The notes below the pieces were generated by a model. The model ran no database searches. It was not told where the DNA came from and saw only the letters and a program-made list of their open reading frames with translations. From positions 372,001 through 436,000 of the forward strand of contig CT868418.1 of assembly GCA_000165425.1 (NCBI GenBank): a DNA stretch of 64,000 nucleotides, read 5' to 3'. The position numbers were made by a program, and so were the translations under genes. This document shows, piece by piece, positions 54,073 to 64,000 of the stretch; the stretch's first letter is position 1; each line of letters starts with the position of its first letter. Origin of the DNA: Paramecium tetraurelia (taxonomy: Eukaryota).

Positions 54073-54507
54073 ATGGATGATAAGTCAGCGATTTCTCCAA
54101 TTTAGACTAAAATGCATACTCCTCGTTAAGGATGCTACACTGATAGGCAAAGTTAAAATAAGCCATCACTCTTTTTCAGAAGAATACCAACAAGCAATTA
54201 TTAGAAGTATAAAGAATTGCTTTATAAGAAACCTCTTTCATTTCCTAAAAATTAGAATAAAAATGAGTGCTACACTGAAATAAAAATAATAGATTGGAAC
54301 GTTATTGAGAAAGAAATAAAGAAATACGAAAAGGAATTTTATAAATTAAATCTGCCTGCATTTTTAAAGTCTTTTGCAAGATAAATGAATATTAAAAAAG
54401 AATATGACTTCGCTACTCTAATTGAAATGATTTTGAATTTTTATCCAAACGTAAAGCAAGATGACCTTATAGAGATTGCATCAGATATCATCGTAGGCTA
54501 GCTTTGA
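54073..54507 (+). CDS. Small hypothetical protein (144 aa)
   Basis: Frame MDDKSAISPIQ...DWNVIEKEIKKYE...IASDIIVGQL-TGA. Confidence 0.6.
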
Positions 54508-55041
54508 TAATTAATTTTGTTTTATAGTAAGTGGTACTGAGTATACATCTTATTCTTAATATACAATATTGTTTTCATGGCATAAAAGACTAAATTCCTC
54601 TGAGAATATTTAAAAAACTCAAAAAATGTTAGTCAAGATATACAATCCATTTCTAAAATACTTTCTAATATTTATAGAGCAGCCTATTGATTTGAATTTA
54701 TTTGTTATTTTTAATTGTTAAAAAAATATAACAATAAAAACATAATAATCTATAAATTTGCATCTTAATAATATTTATTAGCCTTTTGATGATAGCAGAA
54801 GTCCAAGAGAATGGAAAATTCGTGATAAACAACTATCCTTCTTTATTAAACTTATATAATACTATAAGTTCCATTATTGTTTTGCTAATACAGGAAGCTT
54901 AGCATGGCAATTTTGTTTGATGAAGATTAGATATTTATTTTGCATATATATTTTTCACATTTTCCATAGGATATTAAAAATGATATAATTTTCTTATTTT
55001 AAATCTCATTTATTCTATTTGAGAACCTAATAATTATTATC

Positions 55042-56829
55042 ATGAATTAGTAGTTTGCTCAAAATAATCTTGAAACACTTGAAGAAACCTACACAGGGTT
55101 TAAAATGAGGTACTCTTGTGAAGAATATGACGTAATAAATAGGCATCTATGTAGGAATTTTCTTGCATAAGAATTAATAATGAATTAGAGTATTGCGCTC
55201 GTAAATATAAATTGGGAACCATAAATAACCCTAGATTTCAGGCTTTGAGAAGAATTAAACTTTACAATATCTTGCCTGTGTTTGACATCTATTTCGACTC
55301 ATAAACAATTGTGGCATAAGATGTAGAAAGATTTTCTTTGGAGAATAATATTAATGACTTGAATGAAGAGCAAAAAATGTATCTTGCTGCCATAGTCAGC
55401 ATTAGTAAGTAAATTACTAATTTCTAGCATTGCAGGAATTAGCATATAGAGGATTTCCATTTATAGTATAGGAGAGAAGTGTTATAATATTGGAAAACCA
55501 TATATGTCTATCCTTATAGGACTTTTGCTTTGATAGAGAAGTAAGCGAATAGGAAAGTTTTGATAGTTATAAAAAATTGAGTAAGAGTTGAAATTTATGA
55601 TTAGTGATTAAATTATTTGGGGATTTCCTTGAAATAAACTTCGAGAACTCAACTAATTATTTCCTATAACTAAACCAAGTATATCTCGGCCCAAGTGAAA
55701 ATATGCCTTATGTTGAGTTGTTGGATAGGATATTCGAATTCACAAATGTTGACACTCTTGCTTCAGCAGCATCAAATTCATATGTCTACGAATTTGATAC
55801 TCCAGAATTTATGAAAACAATTCCCAATATCAGTTAGCGAACAGTTCTTAAATCAGTAAAATTGGATTTAAATGACACTAATTCAGAATACATTTTGACC
55901 TCTTCTTAAAGAGAATTAGAAATAATGGAAAATTTCAAAAAGTATGAGCCCTTAGTCGCTTGTTATGCGTATTTTAGAATTCAAAAATAACTTTATATCT
56001 TTATGGAAAGATATCCTTAAGTGCTTTCTAATATGCTTGATTACATTGATGAAGAGAGACATTGCATTCAAATATGTTGGTAACTAGTAGTGGGTAATTA
56101 ATTATATCATTATATTACTCTAGCTCTTAAATACCTCCATTAACATTAAATAATTCATAGAGATCTGAAACCAGGAAATTTATTTCTATCCCATGAGAAT
56201 TTGGAAAGAGCAAGACTTTTAATAGCAGACTTTGATAGATCTAGATTATCATAATGGTTGACGCAATCAATCACTTAATAGAAAGATACGGGTAAAATTG
56301 ATATTGATTATAAGAAAACAAACAAGATTAAATCAGTAAATTAAATGAACTTACACCAAAATCAGTATTGGGAGCTACTCCATCTTATGATCCTCCAGAA
56401 GCTGGTACCACTGATTATGATTCGAGTGCAGATATTTGGCAGGTCGGAATGATAAGTATATAGCAATTTATATTCTTAGTGTTTTAAATTGCCAACAAGG
56501 GTGAATACCCAATAAGAATGACTACTCAAAATTTTTCTAAGGAAGAGTACCAAAACAATTTCACCAAAGAAAAAATTAAGAATTAATTAAGTAAATACAA
56601 TGTTAATGAATAATTTATCGAGATAATTGCTAAGTGTTTGTCTTTTAATAGAAAAGATAGACCCACTTCTCACTAATTAATCAATGAATTATAATTATGT
56701 TTTGAAGAGATTACTCCAGATGCTGAAGAAACTTTGATTTCAACTCATAATTTAAGTCAAATTGAAAGATACAGTTAATTAATTTCTTCAACAAGAACTT
56801 TAAGAATGCTTAACTCTTAAGAATTATGA
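55042..56829 (+). CDS. Protein kinase with degenerate N-terminal kinase-like region and DFD-type C-terminal kinase domain
   Basis: LYIFMERY, LKYLHQHQIIHRDLKPGN, LIADFDRS, ATPSYDPPE, SADIWQVG, DRP. The 5' structure is uncertain (alternative ATG at 55149). Confidence 0.8.
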
Positions 56830-56902
56830 TTTCATATGCATTATTAAATATAAATAGAATACACTATCTAAATGACTTTTTATTTTAAATAATTAATAGT
56901 AA

Positions 56903-57627
56903 TCAAATTCTTTTCAGCCATTTCTTTTAATCGTTTTCCTTTTTCTGTTGAATTTGTGTCAATTTGTTTTTCTTTTCAGCATCATCATTCACATTCTTAT
57001 ATATTGTTAGCTATATACTTAATTATTTCCTTTTAAGACATTTCCATCTTATTTTATAGCATAAATGCCTGTAAGTAATTTTGCTCTTTTAAAATATTCA
57101 TCATAGTTTTCCATGAAGAGTTTGCCTGCTTCTTCATTTAGTGAGCTCTCAGGGAATGGAACAATCAATAGACATTTAATCACTTCAAAAATATTCTTTA
57201 ACGACCATTGAAGAGGATTCCAATCTTTCTTTAGTGTATTTACGCAGATTTCTCCCTTTTCTGAGACATTTGGATGAAATATTTTGGTATTGAATAAGCC
57301 TAACTTAGATTTATTATTACCTTTAGGAGCAATTTATGGGAATTGGGGTGGTAAAATTAATTTGCATCTAAAAACTCCTCCTTAAAATGGAGTATCAACT
57401 AAAGTATTTTCAATTTTTAATACCTGGACCTTCGATATCTGCTTAAATATCAAAAACATCTTATTCATTGAATATCACATGAACTCCTAATGCAATGTTT
57501 TTACAATTTACCATCAATTGGTTATTTCATAATATTTTGCAATTGCTTTGCTATTATTGGTCCCAACTAAGGATTAATTTAGGGCTCTTGAATCTATCAA
57601 ACGAATATCACAATTTTCAATTACCAT
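56903..57627 (-). CDS. UBE2S: Ubiquitin-conjugating enzyme E2 S
   Basis: [60 protein letters not shown]-terminal KKWLKRI. Confidence 0.92.
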
Positions 57628-58815
57628 TCCAATTATTTAATAAGTTAACTTGAGAAATGTTATTTTAAATTATATACTTTAAATCGTTACAAATAAGCTT
57701 AGAATTAAGTGAATACAACAACAGAAAAATGTAAAAATGTCACTAACCTTATAGGTTAAACTTAAAGTGGGTATGATTAAAACGAATCATTATATATCAA
57801 AACTAAGTTGATAATTGTTAAATATTATTCTAATTCATAAAGAAAATAAACTAAAAAATAAGTAAAAATTCAAAAGAAGATATGAGTTTTAAGATTAAGT
57901 AAATTGAATAATATATGGCTTCACTCAATGTGATAACGAAGTATTCTGAAAAAATTTGAATCAATTTATCACAAGTATTCATTCAATAGAATTTAAGCAA
58001 TTTCTATTGTCGAACAACAATTGATATATCGTTTAGAAATTTGACCAATCTTGTCTTAAAATTTGACATTAAGTCTTAATCATATCATTATTTTGGTGAA
58101 TGTACTAAAAGCCAACAGCAAAGTTTTGCAAGAAAACTCTTTGAGAGCATCATCTTAAGTTAAATTTGAGAAGGTTTAACCTTAAGTAGATAAGGTATCC
58201 AATTCAGAAGAAGTTCAATAGTATCAACAGAGATGAAATCTCTACAATTATAATGGAAGATTAGCCTATAATTTATAGAGAAACTACTGATGAGAACTTA
58301 TGAAATGGATAATAAAAAGAATCAGTAAGTAGATGCATCAGTTTAGTGAACTCATTGTAATAGATTTTCACCAAAATCAATAATTAGTTTGAAATTAAAT
58401 ATAGTATTAAATTTTCAAGGCTTTTAATCATCTAAAATAATGTCCGGGTAATTTTAATAGTTAAAAAGTGTTATGAAAATTGATATCAGTAATAGAGAAC
58501 AGAGAATTTGTCTTTAATTTTATTTAGTATTTAAAGTAGCACTCTAGGTTTATTTATTAAATTAGACAATAAATCTACTGAAGAATGGAATTTTTAGTTA
58601 TTAATACAAAGTTCATTTCCTTGAATACTTTAATTTAAGTTATAGATAATTAAATAACAATTATTTTCAAACTATTATTGTGAAGCAAAATATACAAAAC
58701 TCTACAGGCTGCACTAGAACAGAATATTTGGATGACAATCAGACAATCAATATGAGAGATGAAAATATGAGAATAATAACTATTTATTAATAAATTATAT
58801 AAAAAAAGATTTAAA

Positions 58816-59702
58816 ATGATTAGTGGAGCATTCCGAAGATCATTTATAGGCAGAGCTCACTTTGGTCTTGTTTCAGAATATAATAGTAGAGTCAATTAGA
58901 AGTTGTACAAGGGAGTACAAGTATCTGAAGCACCACAATTCTTCACTACATCTGCAAGACCAGGAAATTTCGGAGATCATATTGATTTCAAAGTTCAAAT
59001 GGATAATTGGTTTGATGAGAATAGGTACATATTGTTTCGATATTTAATTTAGAGTTCATAATGAACACGAGACTGAAATTAAAAGAACATAAATTTATGC
59101 ATTGAATGCTGTCTATTATGGTGGATTACTCTCCTTTGCAAGATTGTTTGCAGTTGGAATTATTGGCAGATTAGATGGTTGGAAGAGATATGACAGAGAC
59201 ACATACCTTGAGATGGAGTAATAATTAACATTTAGTGCATAGCATCGGAGATTTACCACCAGGTGAAGTCATGTAAATCGTATGGAATGGTACACCAGTA
59301 TTCATTAGAAGATTGACTTAATAAGAAATTAAGGATGAGGATAATTTACCAAAAGAAACAATTTTAGATCCAAGGTGAATTCTTAAATTTAATTGTTAGT
59401 TCTGAAGTTGTTCTTACTAATTGTGGAAACACTAAAGTCTTGGTTGTTAGTGCATTGTGTACTCATTTAGGATGCATTCCAATCCCATATTTAGGTGCTT
59501 ATAATGTAAATATCATCCCTCAATATTATAGGGTTGGGTCTGCATTTGTCATGGTTCAGTTTATGACAAATATGCAAGAGTGAGACAAGGACCTGCATTG
59601 TAAAATTTACCATTCATTAATAACTCAATTTATGATGATGTTATCGTCTGCATCGAAGAAATGAAATTCCCAAGAGAACCAAGTTAAAGATATTGGACTT
59701 GA
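58816..59702 (+). CDS. Mitochondrial cytochrome bc1 Rieske iron-sulfur protein
   Basis: WNGTPVFIRRLT, CTHLGCIP, CICHGSVYD, RVRQGPA; presequence; three tiny introns. Confidence 0.95.
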
Positions 59703-59748
59703 AACAGCAATACATATATATTATATTAAATAACACAACAATCAATAT

Positions 59749-60225
59749 TCAAAAATCAATTAAATTTTAGTTTTGGGACGATTATTATTACTATTATGGT
59801 TGTTATTGACTCTGTTGCGGCTGTTAAAATTATGCAAAAGCTTATGAAATAACTGGCTGATTTTGATTCTACTATTGAGGACTAGCATTAAGTTATTGTG
59901 AGGATGATGTGGATTAATTCTAATTATTTTTGATGTCCCAACTAATTCTGGTTGCTTTAATTAAGATGCGACTATTGAATAATGGAATCTAGGCTGTGTC
60001 TGTAGGTAAATCAAGCCAGACTGTATTGTGACTTGTTTTGTATCTAAATCTAAAGATATATTCTCCTTAAAGTGGGAAGCTAGTCTTAATATCTTTGAGG
60101 GTGATTTGATCAACTTGTTTACCTATTCTTGTAATTAATATATTCAATTACCCGAATGCATTAGGAATTTCAACATCATCATTGTCCTGTGGCACCACAT
60201 AGTAGATTAGGGTAAATTATTTCAT
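59749..60225 (-). CDS. DIX-domain protein with Q-rich tail
   Basis: TLIYYVVP...PNAFG...ITLKDIKTSFPLQGEYIFRFR...VWLDL...IPLFNSRILIKATR; ends NLIDF-TGA; 24-nt intron. Confidence 0.8.
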
Positions 60226-60253
60226 TATTTATAATTATTTGCAAATATAATAA

Positions 60254-61200
60254 TCAATTGTAAGCATATATTACTGAGTTGTTGAGAACTTTTAATAACC
60301 TTTAATATAGCTTCTTATAAGTCCTTTCGCTAATAGTCTTTCTTCTTGCTCTATAGCCAATATTCCTACTTCTGATATTGACTTCTGTTTAATTTGGACA
60401 TAATAATTATCACTTAATTTTCAAATTAACCTTGCTAATAATTCATATCCAAAATTATTTTCCATGCTCATAGTTCTTGCTTGGATTTTAAATGTGCCGG
60501 ATTGATCTTCTATACCTGGGAAAAATACACTTTTCTATCTAATCTCCTAGCTCTTAAGAATCCTAGATCCAAAAGTATTAAGTCTATGTGTTGCCATCGA
60601 TACTTTTATATCATCTCTGCAATAAAAAATCTAATTATTCATCTAACTTTAGCATAATTATTTAACCATTATTATAATTTCCCTTATTATGCCGAACTCC
60701 TCCTATGGCATTGATTTCATCAAATAATATGATAAAAGCCTTCATAGTCCTTCTAAAACAGGATTCTACAAAAGCATTTAACAACTTCTGTTAAATTCTT
60801 TTATTAATATTTTCATCCCCCTTTGTCAATATTTGTAATATCAGGCTTATCTTAAACTGTCAGCATTATTACTGAAGTAGACTTGATTAAAAATTTTTGT
60901 GCATCTTAACACAATGTTAAAGCACACTTGTTAATTTCACATTCAAATGTATACTGCATCTAATCTGATACAAAATACTAAAAATACAATAATCCTATCT
61001 CACTTTCTTTTATTCCTTCTAATTTAATAATAGTTATCACACAGTTTATTACTTCTTCTAGTTATTTAATCTTTTCAGAATAAGGTCCCGATCCATACTG
61101 CTTAACAAATCAACATCATTTTAATCTAAATGTATTGTTATTGTTTCCTTTCACCTAAAATTGATTTGGACGATCTAAATACTCTGTCAGACCAAAATAT
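60254..61200 (-). pseudogene. Decayed 26S proteasome AAA-ATPase RPT1 (PSMC2) pseudogene
   Basis: Fragments in shifting frames: QYGSGPYSEKIKQLEE, GIKESEIGL, IILFDEINAIGG, IKVSMATHR, FKIQARTMSMEN..YELLAR, AIRARRKTISE, FSTTQQYM..YN-TGA. No OB/Walker A region. Confidence 0.85.
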
Positions 61201-61360
61201 TAAAATACTACAATACTCATCTGAATTTTTAATTTTAATAGTGTATTATTATAAATGTCACTACATTCTATACTAATTTTTGAAGAAATCAACTTTATAA
61301 ACTCATAGAATTTAAGCCTAAAATTTGAGTGATCACTTAAAATAAATAATAATTTTTATT

Positions 61361-62184
61361 ATGAATTTAGTCGACCAAATACAAAAGTAATTCCAAGAAC
61401 TCTCTAAAGTATTCCTAAATTGTAATTATTCTATTAACGTTTATTAGGTCTATTTGAAGTATCAATCAATTTAGACCAAAATAATCAGCAACTCTTGCGA
61501 TTAGAACAAATTATTAAATAAGCCGCGATCGACATTTTAGAAGAATTTCCTTTATAGAAAGAAATTAATCAACAGCATAAATAAACAAAGCCTAATTAGC
61601 AATCGATTTAGATTAGAATAAAGGGAAAAGTTGAAAAATAAAATTAGAATCTAAATACTTAAATAGAAAATGCTAAAACCTTAAAAACTCAAGTGTCCTA
61701 AGAAGATAGTAAAATGGAATAGTTGATACCCTAAATAACATTGAAACAACCTTTTGATTAGACTTGCTTTCTATGTTAAAATACAAATAATTTAAAACAA
61801 TAAACAAGTAAGATAATTAATGATAATCAATATTTCTATCACATGGAATGCTTTACCAAAGCGAAATTTAATCATTTAAGTATCGATAAAATGTTAGAAA
61901 TTTTTAAATCGAAAATTTGTAAAATTTGCAATAAACATGGGGCATATTATTAATGTGAAAATTGCGAATTATGGTATCACTATAGTTGTATGTCAGAATT
62001 ATATCAGAATACTAAAGAATGTATTGATTGTCCTTGTAAACCCATTGATATCTTCTAAGCATAAGAAATTGATCTCTAAGTAGAAGATGTTCAAAGCAAG
62101 AAAAAGATAAAAATTGATCATATATCACAAAACACAGATTTATTTTCTGACATCTCTTTTAAAAGGGAATTAAAATCAATGTGA
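61361..62184 (+). CDS. Extended PHD-finger-like zinc-binding protein
   Basis: CFLC...YHMEC...CKICNKHGAYYQCENCELWYHYSC...CPC; one 26-nt intron. Confidence 0.75.
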
Positions 62185-62239
62185 TTTATAAAACTAATAA
62201 TATTGTTTAACTATTGTTAGATTATATTTTAAGTTATAT

Positions 62240-64000
62240 TCAAGATCTTGTTTGACTAATATGCCGAATAGACTAAGAAGCTACCTTCTTAATTTTTCTT
62301 TTTTTTAATTTTATTGGTATTTTCTTTATCTTCTTCAATTTGGCCACAACTGATTCTAAATTAAATCCTGTATCATAAAATTCCATATCTGTTTATGCAT
62401 CTATTTGAAATTCTTTGGCAATCATTAATTAAGCAATTTCTATTTCTATTAACAATACTTAATCTACATCATAAGATTTTGTTTAGTATGAAGAATAGGA
62501 TTATAGTTAAATTGATTATTATTACATTTGCTATTATTATTGCTGTTAAGTTATTTATTATTATACTTGCTATTATGGAGTTGGTTATAGAATGTTGAAT
62601 TCTTCCTCAATGATTTCACCTTAATCCATTTTGATTTAATTTATTATCACGGTTCCTCTTTTAACACTTTATTTAATTTTTCTATCGATTGGATTGGAAT
62701 CTCTTTCTTGCGTTCCACAAGTTTTGTATTAAGCGTTTTTTTGGAGAGAAGTTCTAGTTTGCCTTTTTTTTGACTTATTTGATTTGTCCTCGTTATTATT
62801 CTATAGATCCGATTCTTTCCGTTTTGATTCCCTTTTAATTAACAATAAATTCTGTGAACGAATCCTTTTGTCTGATTCCAATAAAGAGTTTGAGTCGCTT
62901 CCTTCCTATTCTGAATCTTATTGCATTTGGAACTTATTAGAGACAATGAATTCAGAATTAGGTCCCAATTCATTCAAATAACCTTTTTAAGCACAGAAAT
63001 TGAATGCTGAAGCCTAGAAATTTCTCAATTGTCCAAAAGTGTTCTATTTATTAATAATTAATTTACATTACATTATGAATTTTGTCATTCTTTCTTATTC
63101 TACCTATAGATCTTCTTTGTTATTTTTCGCCATGATCGTTCTTTTTAAATAATCTCAGGTAATTAGGAGTATAAAATACAAAAGGACATCGAATAAAAGT
63201 ATGATTTTATCGACATAATTCACATCCTCCTAATTTAACCCTCCCATTGAATTCAATCTAATGTTTTACATAATAGAAATGTTCTCTGTCTCTTTGATTA
63301 TATTTTAATAGATCCAAAAGATCATCATATGTAATGTAAGCCAATTTATAAAATTTAACCGCTCTTGTTGAAAATAAAGCAGGATGTTAAGAAATAAATG
63401 ACTTTTCATCGATAGCTTAATTTCGCTGATATATTTTAATAATTTTATTGTTGCTAATATAAGCTTCAACTTCGCCTTTTAAAATAAAGTATATTCGATC
63501 GACTTTTTATCTACTAATGATGAATATATTACCCTTCAATAGAGATGATCTCTTCTGGTACAAAGGTTTACTCCTTGACCAAAATGCATAACTTTTCGAT
63601 AAATTATTAAGAAAAGTTTTATCTGATTAATTTTGAATTCAATAAAATGTTCTTATAAAAGTCTATTTTAACCTCTTTATTGAGATTTCCTGATAGATGA
63701 ATCATTAACTTTTCGCATTCTGATTCCATATCTCTTTCCTATTTGAGATAATACTCAAAAAACTTCTTCACTTTGACCTATAAATCTTTGTTTAAACCTC
63801 GTTTTTTTAGGAATGAATCTATCATTGTCATTCTATCTCTAAGATAGTTTTTATTTTCGCTCATTTAAGCAAAAATAGCTCCTATACTAGAAATAGTGTA
63901 ACCAAAAATTATTGAACTCAATAATGTAACTAAAATTACAAAAACCTTTTCATATTAGGTTACCTCAAAATTATGAAAAATAATTACTGGAATTATGTCT
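62240..64000 (-). CDS. Cyclic-nucleotide-binding-domain K+ channel (EAG/HCN-like), 3' part (partial)
   Basis: Pore end DIIP[intron]VTQYEK, S6 IFGYTISSIG, C-linker KKRGLNKDLQVKVKKFFEY, CNBD IYFILKGEVE. Confidence 0.9.

Noticed and set aside
53751..54283. Track ORFs 53751-53957 and 54077-54283
   Set aside because: The first is unsupported; the second is an off-frame reading of the 54073-54507 gene.
59760..59900. TTA/TTG triplet microsatellite-like runs (also about 8960-9000 and 62500-62580)
   Set aside because: These are coding poly-Q/N tracts, not a repeat array or CRISPR.
1..64000. tRNA/rRNA/snRNA genes, telomeric C4A2/C3A3 repeats, Tc1/mariner transposons
   Set aside because: None recognised by eye; short ncRNAs in the AT-rich gaps cannot be excluded without Infernal or tRNAscan.

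Overview
AT-rich, very gene-dense eukaryotic DNA from a ciliate macronuclear chromosome, almost certainly Paramecium. The evidence is in-frame TAA/TAG reading as Gln, TGA as the only stop, many 20-34 nt GT..AG introns and intergenic spacers often under 30 nt. The supplied ORF track uses the wrong code, so I re-translated by eye with code 6; coordinates include introns and some starts are approximate. About 37 genes: a GPI-anchored mini-antigen 3' end, V-ATPase G, CNOT10, a vWA protein, two PP2Cs, kinases and a pseudokinase, Trm13, RagC/D, mitochondrial ATP synthase b, a ~2050-aa Cys-rich REJ-type receptor, a hybrid histidine kinase, two tandem SLC37-like MFS carriers, three adjacent Zn-peptidases (M16, M14, M28), UBE2S, Rieske ISP, a DIX-domain protein, an ePHD protein, a CNBD K+ channel and several hypotheticals, plus a decayed proteasome RPT1 pseudogene. 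No rRNA, tRNA, CRISPR array or transposon was seen. The best leads are a stand-alone dynein-stalk/MTBD-like protein ending in a CaaX box, the peptidase trio with an ATGA stop/start overlap, a Rag GTPase with an altered switch II, and a DIX plus clathrin-box protein.
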